DNA of 64,000 bases from Callorhinchus milii (taxonomy: Eukaryota), in assembly GCF_018977255.1 (NCBI RefSeq), contig NW_024704742.1, positions 113,710,001 through 113,774,000 on the forward strand. Direction: 5' to 3'. Shown here piece after piece: positions 11,887 through 25,246 of the stretch. How positions within the stretch are numbered: position 1 is the first letter of the stretch; every line of letters begins with the position of its first letter. The notes beneath the pieces were generated by a model. It was not told the origin of the DNA. It worked only from the letters and a program-made list of their open reading frames with translations, and did not search any database. A program made the translations under genes and the position numbers.

Positions 11887-13502
11887 TACACAGTTTTTCT
11901 CAATTCTCTACTGCTGTGACACCGATGCTCTCCCTTTGAGGCGCAAATCGATTTGTTTGTTTGAACACCATTTTAAACATAAGATTAAGCATTTAAAACA
12001 TGCTCTCACATACAGAAAAGGGCTGCCACCTACAGTTCCCATCCCAGCCAGAATTCCAGCTCACTTCCCATATGGCTTTACTTCGCTTTCTCATGTCCTG
12101 GTCACTATCAATTGGTTCAGCATAACAGTGCAGCTCCTGTGATTCCCTCTCAGTCTCTTCTCCCCACTCAGTTCACCTTTCATCTCCTTCATGCTTCTAT
12201 CAGGCATTTTGCAGGATGTATTAAACTGTATCTATATTTAATCGTTCAGGTTATACCACAAAGAATTTTTAACTGACATGTGTACAGTATAGCTAAACTT
12301 TTAATGACATCTTGAAAAATATGGCCCAAATCGTTTGCAACAGAATATTAATATTAATTCAGTCTTTTTAAAAATGAAATCTATTACAAATATTGAATTT
12401 TGGGGGTAATTTGTGTTTGAATTTTCACACAAATCTATATTGTAGAATTTTTTTCTTTAAAATTTGCCTAACATTAACTAGCTGTCTGTCTCGTAGATGT
12501 TCAGTGAATCACCAACATCATGTCACCTTGTGCAATCATTAATAATGAAGGCTGAACTCACTGAAAGTACTTCTCTATCGTCTGAGACTTCAAAGACTGC
12601 TGCAATATTGTTGATACTTGCAGCACTGTTGGACATAACAAACTAAAAGGGTTTCTCCTCTCCCCTCCCCTTCCTTGCTTACTTTGGCAGCACTTGCTGT
12701 AATATTACTACTCACAGGTTGAATTCTGATGCAAGTAACACTTTTATGTCTGACAGAAAACCATAGGTGTCATTTTGGCTCTAGACCAACAACCCACAGC
12801 AAGAGTTGACGAAGGTTCAGGAATCTGTGCTGCATGGCAATTGTGGACAGAATAAAATGTGGCACCAGATGGTGAACAAAGGCTATGCTGCGATTGTTCA
12901 GTTCAGTGTGCAGATGTTTCACTCACTATTCAGACTCTTGCAAACTCTTAGGTGTGACTTTCACTCCAGATGCCAATTCATTCACTTCATAGTTTGATTA
13001 TAACCATAGCTATTTCAATTGGTGGACCATGTTACACTATTCCATGTCAAAATCCCCCAAGAATTTAACGCTATATACACAGGACATTTAAAAGGTCTCA
13101 TGTGCATATAGTAGACTACATCCTTGTAGTGATAGATTTCATGGCATATTGTGTATCTAATAAGATGTTGGTATGTTCAGTATCAACCACTGCGCATATA
13201 TTGGCTGCAACTTTGATGTACGATGTGGTGGCATGATTTTGACCTGTATCAACTGGCTGCTGGCTACAAAATCATTTGCATGAGGAGAGCAATTGTTTGC
13301 AAATCAAATAGTTTTAATTGGAAGTGTCTTTGATCAAAGACGTTTGCAGACCTCTGGCACTAATCATTTTAAAAAAGAGATCCGAAAATAATCAGCTTTC
13401 TATTCAAGCAGTAAGTTGATGAATGTAATTCATGGGCAGCGCCTGGAGGTTTCAATTTCTGCACACTGGTACCCTGATTTTGCAACAAATCCTGACTCTT
13501 TT

Positions 13503-13872
13503 AATAATAATAATCCTTGCATTTGATTTAACGCCTTATCACATTGTTCAGTTGTCTCAAAGCGCTTCTCAGAATATATTCCAATACAAATTGACCGTAT
13601 ATTTTGTGAGCGAAACGTGGCAGCCAATTGTGCACAACAGTGTCTCACAAATGGTCATGAATTAAGTGACCAAATTTTTTGTTTTGGAAGGATTATTCCC
13701 CTGGAAAGAAAGCAATCTGCCAATCGACTAACAACTGGGTTCCTACTTACTGCCAGATAAGCAGAGGTGTGTGAAGTAAGGAAATGTGCCCAGGGTTTCA
13801 CCCCACCTGGGAATCGAACCTGGGTTCTCTCGCTTGCGAGGAGAGCCCGCTAACCAATACACTTCAGGAGTC
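13503..13872 (-). mobile_element. CORE/Deu chimeric SINE, long subfamily, near full length
   Basis: tRNA-like head (ctcgcaagcgag, ggttcgattcc), CORE-like ctgggcacatttccttact..gcttatctggcagtaagtagg, Deu-like 3' part and (TTA)n tail. Confidence 0.85.
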
Positions 13873-15442
13873 GCAGATCTTTCCCATTACTTGAGCTATT
13901 ATTTCCATGTGGCAGTAATAGGGTTCTGGGTGGTGTGGCCTACCTCCTGCAAGGGATGCCTCAGGAGGAACTGTTTGCCTACCACAGAGAAGGATTGAGA
14001 GGAAACCTGATAGAGGCTTTTAACCACATGGTGTAAAAGGAGCTACATCAAAAATATTTAGCCCATTCTGTCTTTTCTGTATTCCCTTTCCCATGCTATG
14101 TGTGCCTGATAACAATTTTGTTGCATTCTCCTGTTTTGTGAGGCTGGACAATAATTGACAGCAGTACCAACAAGATGTGGGTTGCCTCAGCAAGTGGCAT
14201 AAAAGGATTACTCAGAAACAAGTTTAATATAATATTGTGTATGCAATTATTTGCTCCAGCTTTAAATGTATGAGTTGGCCCCAAACTATGTACTGTTATA
14301 ATGAATCATCAGTTTGCTACATGTCTCTAAAATGATCACCCATTAAAAAAAAGTTGTGCACTCAGTGTATGAGAAACCTAGTACATGAGATAGGTGTAAA
14401 ATACGTCAACTTCAACCAGTGTGACCACATCTGCTTTCCATTTATTTCCATTAGATCAAACAACAAATGAGTACATTTATGGTTATCCAGAATCAAACAC
14501 TTAAGCCCAATAGATTCCAATTAAGCAAGCAGCATCTCAGTGGAGATAAACCAGTTTGGCTCAGTGGTTAGATGATAACAAAATGCTTCATCTGTGGCAT
14601 GGTAGTGATTAATCAATCAAGACTTTTCCAAGGATTAGGCATGGAAGATAACAGTAGGGGCCTGTGTGCAATGGCAATCTGCAAAGTGAAATTCGCTTGA
14701 AGGGCTTTATTTCCCATTCTATCTTTAAATTCTTCCTGCAATTTGGTTTAGAAGTCTATTTTTGCTGCAAATGGAGCAGAGATGTACATACCTTTACGCT
14801 TTCTACAGGCTTCCCTGCAGCAAGTTATCGCTATCTCTTGTCTCTTGGAGGAGAGAAAGCCATGGCGCTGAAGGGACAGGATGTGGTGCCCTCTACAGAT
14901 GCTGAGTTTCACTCTACTCAATGGCTTTATCAACTGAGCTGTCAGGAAAACTAGAAGGATCGTTTCTGATCTTATAAGCCCGACAGTGAGAAAATATAGT
15001 ACAACTGTAAAAGTGAACTTATCGTTTTACACAAAGTCATCTCTACAGAACAGTTAATTCACTTATTCAAACTCTGAGTCTCTTAAAGACTAAAGAGATC
15101 CCAGTGTATTTATTTTCTAACAGAGAACCCAGCTCAGGTAACCAAATACTGCCCTGGATACACTGATATTCATCTAGCCAAAATGATGATTGTTTAATAT
15201 TTCAGGTTTTAAAACAGGTCAGTGATCAGCCAATATTAGGTAATTTGTGGTGCATTTTGTGTGAATAAGAGATCTCCTTGTTATGGCAGAGCGTTGCCAA
15301 AAGAACACCTGCGAAAGAAGATGTTATTAAACTCAGCAGCCAAATGATATCTAATCATACTTCAAACTAATTGCAGGTCTATGAACTCATTTACTGCGAA
15401 ACGTGATGTACACGTGATGTAGAGGCTTTCACAAAACAACAT

Positions 15443-15660
15443 ATAATCCTTACATTTAATGCGCCTTTCACATAGGGACCCCATCTTAAGCACGTCACAG
15501 GATTTATTGGAAAATACAGTTACTGTGTATTTTGTGGGTGAATACAGCAGTCAAGTTGTTCACAACAATGTCCCACAAACAGCCAAGAAGTGAATGATCA
15601 ATTTTATTTGGGGGTTTGTTGGCCAGGACACCAGGAGAAACTCTATTCTCTTTTCAAATA
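15443..15660 (-). mobile_element. DeuSINE 3' half
   Basis: caatgtcccacaaacagcc and ttggccaggacaccaggagaaact. Confidence 0.75.
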
Positions 15661-16183
15661 TAGAAGCAAAACAAAACAACTGGAAATGTTGCAGTATTTC
15701 TAATCCCAACCAATTTCTTAATTAAGCTGCAGACAATAAAACATACAGAAAAATGTGGTTAAAGCTTCTTCTTATAATCTGTGCTTAACAACAACTTCTG
15801 GAGAAAGATTTCACTCTCAGACATTGACTTTTAAACAGTACCTTTTTTAACTTAGCAAGGGACCTAAGGAAATCATTCCTGGCAGCTGGAGCAGCTTTTA
15901 ACTTTAAATTTATTTTTATGGTTTTATCTGGCCGGTAAGTGACACCTTTCATCCCGTTCCCACGCGAGATGGTTTTGCATTTTTTGGTCAGATTCTGATT
16001 TAAAAATAACTTAAAAGTTAAAAATTAATTGAGATCTTCTGCTCATATTATTTTTAATATCCACAAACACCAGGATATTCACAAGGAAACAATTAATAAA
16101 AACCTGATTCCATTTCATTACAATCTACCCATCTCATACTCATGCTCCGCTCTCTGCGACAAATAGGAAGCACATTTCCTTAC

Positions 16184-16311
16184 CGTTTGCTGGCTTGGGA
16201 GGTTGAGAGCATCTTCTATATTCAGAGGTATGGTCTTTACTTTCTTCATTTGCACTAGAATCAATACTTTCTTTAGCTGCTGGAGTCTCTTGGCTAGCAG
16301 CCACAACACCT
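16184..16311 (-). CDS. XRCC4: XRCC4 internal coding exon (exon 6 equivalent; start of disordered C-terminal tail), 128 bp, phase 2/1
   Basis: Acceptor tttccctgtgcag|A, donor AACG|gtaagg. Open in the frame set by exon 5: GVVAASQETPAAKESIDSSANEESKDHTSEYRRCSQPPKPAN. IDSSANEES aligns to human YDESTDEES. The short (~1.2 kb) preceding intron and phase-1 end match human as I recall it. Confidence 0.85.
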
Positions 16312-17487
16312 CTGCACAGGGAAACCATGGAAATTGGTCAGTTACCAATAGTCTTACTCATTACACTTGACATCTGTGACATCCTGCAAGAAGTACTTTA
16401 TTGAGACTTATTATTATTTTGTCTGATTACAAAAAACCTGATGACATCCTGGAACAAGGTTATGCTGGCCAACCACGCCAAAGTCATCTTTACTAAAATA
16501 ACCTGCTGTTGACTGTTCTATCTGAAAAACACATCATCCTTCCAAAACACCCACCCTACTGTCCTCCTATCATAGCATCAAGCTGCTCAGTGCCCCAGCA
16601 ACAATCACCCTTCCTGGCAACCTGTTCCAGTCGCTAGTTACCCTCGGATTAAAATTTCCATTTTGGGTTCAGCCGGTTGTCTAACACACCTGGAAAGCTG
16701 TCAACATGCTTAAGAGTATCCAAGCCAGTCTGAGATTTCCATTGACTTTGATATTCCATTGCCAGGACCTACACCTTGGAGCCAGCTCAGCCCCAAGAAG
16801 ACCCCTCCTACCAATATCATAAAAGTGGTCATCTTGAAATCCAGAACCCCTCCTTGCCTGCTTTAATATATTAGACTATTTCAGTCAACTTGTCTTGTGC
16901 CTGCATAAACTTTGTTACTACAATGTAAAACGGGAAAACAATGATGTTGTGTTTTACCTTCCTTTTGTGAATGTTTACAAATTTCAGTTTTGTAGTAACA
17001 CCAAAAATTCTAAAGTATCCAATGGCAGTGACTGAAGAATCATACGGGAAACTGCAATTTTCATTAGAATGTTTAAATTATATAATAACGTGAAGGAAAA
17101 ATATCTCGGTGTCTTTAATTAGCAGGAAATAATAATGTATTGTGCCATTTGTTTGGTTTTACAGCTATCAGACAGTCATGTGGACATGATGAGAACTAAA
17201 GGAAGTCAGTCAGACAGACTCACCCTAGTCACACCCATAATAGTGACCTGCAGGTTTTAAGGTAAACAGGATTAAGACAGGAGCATAAGGATATAGAGGA
17301 CAAGAAAAGGCCACTGGAGTCAATATCTGCTCCCAAGATATTATTGTGTCCCGGTAATTAAAGATAATTCAGTAGGTTGTTTTATTCTAGTTATGTTTAC
17401 TTTGCAAAAGACCTTTCCAAAATTTTTTGATGGTTTGCAGCTGTAAAATACTGCTTATTTTTAACTTTACTGTAGGAAATAAGTTCA

Positions 17488-17784
<297 letters not shown>

Positions 17785-18792
17785 TTAAAACCATTCGTCA
17801 TTTTACATCATCATCGCACATCACCACCATGGAGGGTACAGACAAACAGTCTTGCAAAAAATCAACAAAAATTACATCAAATGTGAACCTGATTTATTTT
17901 AATCAACAACAGATACAAAGCGATTTCAAGGCTGAAATCTAAGCTTACGGTTCAGTAGGAATTTATAAACTGTCTGAGCTTTACTCTCCTGATAAAGAAT
18001 GCCATTCTGAACCCCTGGATTTGATAACTCGCTCATTTTATTCTACCTCTCAAGGGTCCATTATCCTCTATGTAATCAATACCCATTATACTTGATGATA
18101 ATGAAGAGTGATAAGGCACAAAAAAGCTTCACTGTTTGAATACAGGAGTCATATTAATGCCTATTTGCAGAGTGGGATGATAGGGCGTCCGTCAACACTG
18201 ATCCAAATTGCACGTGCAACAATTTATTCTACTTATTTGAAGGTATCGCTGGTTACCCACGGGAATAAGTGCTAACAATGATAACTACTTACCATAGAGC
18301 AAGTCTCCAGCATCTGCTACTGATTTCAATGTATACAGTTTCCACTTGATATGGGGAACTGATTTATCAAATACTCAGTGGGCACTTAAAATAAAAGAAA
18401 TGGCCAGTCTCTAAAGAGACCACAACCATCACCAACACTTCTGTGCTAACAGAGGATTTCCCCTTTCCTCTTTGATCCTGATCCCTACAGTATTCCACTC
18501 TACTCAGGTAGCAGGAAACGATGAATACAGGGCTCCAACAGGTCTTGTGACCAGAGATTTTGTCAAAGAAAACTTAAAAAATAAAGTTGGAGAGGTACCC
18601 AGTTGGTAAATATTACCATTGCTGAGACATCCTCTATGGTAACCAGCTTCTTTACATTTGTTCATGGAACAGTTGAGCCTCAGGCATTTATTTCACACAG
18701 CGATGGCAGGAGTGATGTGAGCTGGCAAACTAGAGCTGTCAATCCTAAGTGAGCTCCCCGTGTACCACTCCCCTCAATTGGATGCTAAACTA

Positions 18793-18902
18793 TAATAATA
18801 ATAATCCTTGCATTTGATATAGCGCCTTATCACATCGTTGAGATGTCTCAAAGCGCTTCACAGAATATACTGTTAAGTGGATTGACTGTGTATTTTGTGG
18901 GA
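18793..18902 (-). mobile_element. SINE 3' tail fragment
   Basis: (TAA)n ccttgcatttgatatagcgccttatcacatcgttgagatgtctcaaagcgct. Confidence 0.85.
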
Positions 18903-19138
18903 AAATCTCCACACCATTTGTGGCAATTGAATCAATGTAAAATATGTAACATTACATATCTATTGGACAATCACACGTATGAATGAAGTGGCACCTAGGC
19001 ACTGCATGTTGAGACTCCAAAATGCTGTACAACAATATGTGCTAATAGGTTGTCTTATGTACAAGATTTTCTATCACATTGAACTTCCTGCTTTTGACCA
19101 TATCAATGTCAAGAGGTTTTAACTGGAGCTCAGACACT

Positions 19139-19449
19139 TAATAATAATCCTTGCATTTGATATAGCGCTTTTCACGTTTTCTAGATGTCTCAAAGCGCTT
19201 CACAGAATATACTGTAAAGTGAATTGACTGTATATTTTATGGGCGAGACGCGGCAGCCAATTGCACACAGCAATGTCCCACAAACAGTCGTGGATTGAAA
19301 TGACCAATTTATTATTGTTTTTTTTCTTGAGGGATTATTATCAGGCATGTGGAGAAAAGAAACTTGCCCAAGGTTTTGCCCTGCCGGGAATCAAACCCAG
19401 ATCTCTTGCTTGTGAGGCAAGTGCTCTTACCACTGAGCTACAGGACTCC
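19139..19449 (-). mobile_element. CORE/Deu chimeric SINE, short subfamily, full length
   Basis: Head gtggagtcctgtagctcagtgg, then ccttgggcaagttt, Deu-like part and L2-type tail. Confidence 0.92.
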
Positions 19450-19867
19450 ACTTCAATGTAGGAATGTAGGACATGATGAGAGGAAGAGGCACCCTGGCCA
19501 TTCACATGTCACTAAGGAGGGCATTGGCAGAGGTCTGAGAGTAGCCCGTAAACACTATGTAAGGATTCCACAGGACAGGGAGAAAATAATCAAAATATTC
19601 TTACAATGGTAGTACAAGCACAGTTTTATTGCCCATGACATTAGTGTTAATATAACTGAATGAGACAGGACTATAATAAAACCTTAATGTAATTCTAATT
19701 TGCAGCAACAATATAGATAGCCCACCAATGGTTGGTCCTTGTCACAGCTATCGATCCATCTGCAGAAGAGGTATTTGGAAAGACTCAATTTCCGTCCACA
19801 ATTAATTTTAATTTGACATATTTAAATGATATAGCTAATTGCTATTAAAGAACATATAACGACTATG

Positions 19868-20631
19868 AACAACAACAACAACAAGATTTCATTTATAGAG
19901 CGCCTTTCACGTCGGGAGGACGTCCCAAGGCGCTGGACATTTTGATCGGGACCCGAGCAGGGGGAAATGGTCAGGGTGAGGGGCGGGAAGGGAGGGAGCG
20001 AGGAGGGGGTAGAGAGTCGAGAGGGGAGCTGAAGGCACGATCGAAGAGAAAGGTTTTGAGACCGGCCTTGAAAGAGGAAAGGGAGGAAGCAAGGCGAAGG
20101 CACTGGGGGATGGAGTTCCAGAGCCTAGGGGCTGAGAGGCTGAAGGCCCGGCTACTGATGGTAGGGCGGTTGGGGCGGGGGATGTGGAGCAGACCGGAGC
20201 CAGAGGAACGGAGGGTACGGGCAGGTAAGTAGGGGGATAGTAGGTTAGAGAGGTAGGAGGGTGCAAGGCCATGAATAGCCTTGTAGGTGAGGATGAGGAT
20301 CTTGAATTCGATCCTCTGGGGGATGGGGAGCCAGTGGAGGCGAGCGAGGGTGGGAGTGATGTGGTCGCGAAGCCTGGTGCGGGACAGTACACGAGCTGCA
20401 GAGTTCTGAATGACCTGCAGCTTGTGGAGGGAGGTGCCGGGAAGGTCGACGAGGAGAGAGTTCCCGTAGTCCAGCCTTGAGGTGATAAAGGTGTGGACCG
20501 GAGTTTCAGCAGCGTGAGGGGTGAGGTAGTGCCGTAGTCTGGCGATATTCCGGAGGTGATGGAAGGCGGTGCCAGTTGTGGCGCGGATATGAGGAAGAAA
20601 GGACAGCTCAGAGCTGTCCTTGAACAAGACA
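19868..20631 (-). mobile_element. L2 3' fragment, relatively young
   Basis: ORF 19971-20669 keeps an uninterrupted ORF2 C-terminus (SRLDYGNSLL..LHWLPIPQRIEFKIL..FKAGLKTFLF); many CpGs retained. Confidence 0.95.
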
Positions 20632-20994
20632 GAACTGGATATAAGGAAATGAAGGGATCTCAGACACATGTTTTATTTAATGCGACTTAAAATCTCTAAA
20701 TTACAGATCTAGCTGAAAATCAATAAAAACACATCATTAAAACATTCTAACACTAAATCCATCATTAAATACTGCATTAGAAATCTGGTGAAGTACTATT
20801 TTAGAATAATAATTAAACGCTTCCCATGTTATTAAAGGAAATATCTTTGAATTCCAAGATTTGCTTAACTGCTTAGTTATACAGAGTTCTTCTTGTGTTG
20901 CTTTAACCCTTGGAACTCCAGAAATGAATACACTTATTTGTAAACTGACAGATCATGGGGAACACCAGGAAGTTCCTCTTCCTTTGTGATTGTC

Positions 20995-21437
20995 TAAAAC
21001 CCATCTGCTCCCTCTGCTCACAGGCTCCGGCCTGCTTCAGGTCGGCCGACCTGCGCCCCACCATCAGCAGTCAGGCCTTCAGCCTTTCTGCCCCCACTCT
21101 CTGGAATTCCACTCCCAAATCCCTTTGCCTTGTCCCTTTCCTTGCTTCCTTTAAAATCCGTCCGATCTTCCTCCTTGACCACGTCTTCGGTCATCTTCCA
21201 CAACCATAGGCTCACACCCTTCCTAAATCCAATCCCCAGCTCAGCTCCTAACCCTCGACTGCCCATTGCCTTGGACATCCTCCCAATGTGAACAGCACTA
21301 TATACATGCCATTTGTTGTTGATGAGGTTTATTCCTTCATTGTCAATATACAGTCAATTCACTTTACAGTGTGTTCTGTGAAGCGCTTTGGGACGTCCTC
21401 CCGTCGTGAAAAGCGCTATATCAAATGCAAGGATTAT
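20995..21437 (+). mobile_element. Degraded L2 3' end (~20995-21322) followed by a SINE tail (~21345-21437)
   Basis: ggccttcagcctttctgcccccactctctggaattcc, then cagtcaattcactttacag..aagcgctttgggacgtcctcccgtcgtgaaaagcgct. Confidence 0.8.
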
Positions 21438-22705
21438 AGAGCCCACTACTTATTTCAGATACAAATGTTGGCTTCAGAAATGCACTTTTTCCACCCATGT
21501 TGGTGCCTTGTCAATCTTTCATCTTTTCGCTTATCATTAGCTCTCAAAGTCAACTTACAGCCAATAAAAGCATCTGTATAAAAAAGCCTCACCTTCCCTA
21601 ATGGGAAATGGGAGCTGGAAAGAAAAATAAATTGACTGACAGGTTTTAAAGTTAGTAGCAGATTGAAACAAGATTGAAACAAGATTTGAAGTAGAATAAG
21701 TTTAAAAAGAAAATATAAATAACAAAGATAATAAGGAGAAGATAAAATAAAGAACCAAGTTATGACAAAATGAACACAAGATTTATCTGAGTATTTTAAA
21801 TGTTTTCAAAAGACAGAATACATACTTAATTTTGAAGTTCTTTGAAAAGGATCTAAAAGTTTTCTCACAAATTCCAACTTTTCGGTAAAATATTAAAGCT
21901 TTTAGAGCTTTTTCACAAAATAAATATTATGAAATAATAATAATCCCTGAAGTTGATACAGTGCTTTTTTCCATCTTCGAGACAATCATTTTTTTATTGG
22001 CAGACAACAACATAATAATTTGGAGGCTAAACATACGCGCTGTGGAATATAGCTGAAAATGTCAACCAACAGTTTAGACGGCTCACCTTTGAAGAGATTA
22101 AAGAGAAACAATATGCCCGTGCTTACTGGCCTTCAGTGGCCAGAGATATACACCCAAACTCGGTTTGAATCCCTCGAGCAGAAAATAGCTCATTAAAACA
22201 ATTACAAAGCCGTTACCAGCATTTACCGGCACTGAAAAAAGCCGGCGCAGAAAAATATCGGTACCAGCATTGAAATGACACTTAACTCTAAATCCACGGT
22301 TAGCCAGGGTTTTAGTGTTCTCATTATATCTAAAATAAAATGTTTTATCAATACAGTGAAGTCCTGGCTTAACTTGTCACTAGCACTTAAGTCATCATTG
22401 CTGTCGGTATCCTGGCCACATTTATTTGTGTATTTGTACATTCGCCTATCTCTCCCCTCCCGATTACTCATCACTGAGCCCTTTAATCTTGTAGCGATGA
22501 ACTGGGTCAACAGAAATGTCCTGCCGCATGTTTCCCTTGGAATCTGCTATAAACAACCCCATCCGCTACAAACCCACTATAAATGATGTTTGTGGCCTGC
22601 GGGCTGCTCACTGGTCACCTGACTCACCGTGGCCGGAGAGGCTCTGGACGTGCATGCGCGTTGCGGCACAAACAGCTAATGGGCTTCACTCGGAGGCCCC
22701 GCTGT

Positions 22706-23035
22706 TGTGATTGTCTGTATTTGTATGATTGTGAGTGTCTGTGGGACTCTCTCTGTGTTTGTGTCTGTGTGTGTCTCCCTCTTGTTTGTGAGTGCCTGTG
22801 AGCGTATCTCTCTGTGTCTGTGTGTCTCTTTATGTGTTTGTAAGTGTCTGTGTGAGTGTAATTCTCTCTCCTCCATATGTGTGTCTGTTTGTGAGCATCT
22901 CTGTGTGTCTCTCCTTTGTCTGTGAGTGTGTATATCTCTGTGTCTATGAGTGTGTGTGTCTCTCTCTGTCTGTGAGAATGTCTCTCTGTGTCTGTGTGTG
23001 TGTGTCTCTCTCTGGGTATCTGTGTCTGTGTGTGG
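22706..23035. repeat. Degenerate (TG)/(TC) microsatellite tract
   Basis: Direct inspection. Confidence 0.9.
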
Positions 23036-23453
23036 TGTCATTCCTGAGAGGCAGGAGGTAGTGAGCTCCTGTAGCCTCACTGGTATCAACACCCCCCACC
23101 CACCCCCCCAAAAAAGGGCCATCCAGTTTATGTTAAAAACATAACTAATATGTGATAATTCCTCAATTCCACCAATCAACCTCTTCAATTTGGGGCAAAC
23201 ATTTCTGTACTTTTCTATTTTCCCAGGTGATAAGTTATCAGTTTACTGTATTACAAATACTTTAAAATGTTTTCTTTCCCCTCCTCACCCCACAACACCC
23301 CACCCTTGGTTCCCACCTCCAGCTCAGGTGCTCATCCAGCACACTGAATCCTCCCAACACAAAATGTAAATCATATTCTATTGTAAATATTTCAATTATT
23401 TTGTCAACATATTGCCTAAAAGGTTTAGTACTGGAGCTGCTCTTTCATACTTA

Positions 23454-23699
<246 letters not shown>

Positions 23700-24069
23700 T
23701 CAAGGCCTCAGCCTTCCGGTTATTGTCTTAAAGTTTAAGATTCATCAGAATTTCGGGTCATCCTTTTTAAGTGTTGTGAAAACAAAATGTTTTTGAAATT
23801 AAAACTAATACATTTTACAAAATGTTGTATAATGTTCAATTTTAAGATAACGATCTTAAGGCTCAGATCATGAGAAATTTCAGATCCTCATTTTGTAAGC
23901 CCCAATGTAATAAGTTTTTCATTCACAAGACTAGCAGGAAGCCATTCAGACTATAAAGCCTGTTCTGCATGTCCCCTTTCTGGCAATGCATTTCTCTCAC
24001 CATGTTCACTATATTTAAAAACACAACACATTTTTTACAGTACTTAGGTTTTACGTAAGTACTGTAAAA

Positions 24070-24452
24070 TCGCCCACAAAATATACAGTCAATTCACTTT
24101 ACAATATATTTTGTGAAATGCTTTGAGACATCTCAATGACGTAATAAGACAGTATGTAGAGTCCTGTAGCTCAGTGGTTTGAGCACTCGCCTTGCAAGTG
24201 AGAGACTGGTTCGATTCCCAGCACGGCGAAATCTTGGGTAAGTTTCCTTACTCCACACGCCTGATAATAATTCCTCAAGAAAAAAAACATTAATAAATTG
24301 GTCACTATTTGTGGGACACTGCTGTGCGCAATTGGCTGCCGCGTTTCGTCCACAAATATATAGTCAATTCACTTTACAGTGTATTCTGTGAAGTGCTTTT
24401 GAGACGTCTAGAACATGTGAAAAGCACTATATCAAATACAAGGATTATTATT
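24070..24452 (+). mobile_element. Short-subfamily CORE/Deu SINE (24156-24452) directly after an older SINE 3' fragment (24070-24155)
   Basis: Two consecutive cagtcaattcactttac..gagac segments; the second is preceded by a tRNA-like head. Confidence 0.85.
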
Positions 24453-24933
24453 ATCTCAAAATTACACAAGACATACAACATTGTATTAGAAAAATATAAT
24501 AGAACTTCAAAATAATTTTAAACAGTGGAGTTTATTTGTGCCAGACAACTCTATTAATATTCTATTCAGCTTGAAATGAGACTTCAAATGACTTGCAAGT
24601 CAGGAAAGATATAAAGTTTGCTGAATTGTCAAATGTCACAATAATTGATTTCCTTGTAATTCAGTGCAACACAAGCTACTGAACGTCTCACAGAGGACTC
24701 ACACTGTAGCTCCATAAGCCTGTTCTTTAGACTCTTGAGCAACCACTGAGATCTTACCCTTCAATTATGTATGAATTGCATACTGCAGTTTTGGTTAATA
24801 TGGTACTTGTCACGGTGATAGGTAATATCACATGTTGCATTTTTCCCTGCAGAGTGAATCTACAAACTGACTGGACCACTTTAATAATAATTATTCTATC
24901 TTATCACACTGTTGAGACATCTCAAACCACTTG

Positions 24934-25246
24934 AGAGTCCTGTAGCTCAGTGGTCAGAGCACTCGCTTTGCAAGCGAGAGACCCGAGTTCAATTCCAGGC
25001 AGGGCGAAACCTTGGGCAAGTTTCCTTACTCCACACACCTAATAATAATCCCTCCAAAACAAAAAATAATAAATTGGTCATTTTCAATCTACGACTGTTT
25101 GTGGGACATTGCTGTGCGCAATTGGCTGCCGCGTTCGCCCACAAATATGCAGTCAATTCACTTTACAGTATATTCTGTGAAGCGCTTTGGGACATCCTCC
25201 TGACGTGAAAAGCGCTATATCAAATGCAAGGATTATTATTATTATT
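24934..25246 (+). mobile_element. CORE/Deu chimeric SINE, short subfamily, full length
   Basis: A box tagctcagtgg, ctcgc-tttgcaa-gcgag anticodon arm, B box gttcaattcc and (TTA)n tail. Confidence 0.93.

Noticed and set aside
18293..18358. 66-nt frame-preserving cassette with a perfect ATG|gtaagt donor in intron 4
   Set aside because: The acceptor lacks a polypyrimidine tract, and 22 extra residues would interrupt the coiled coil. Probably chance.
24934..25010. tRNA-Ala(TGC)-like sequences (also ~19380, 24156, 33625, 37390, 63655)
   Set aside because: They are SINE heads: the acceptor stem is not intact and each continues into the same SINE body.
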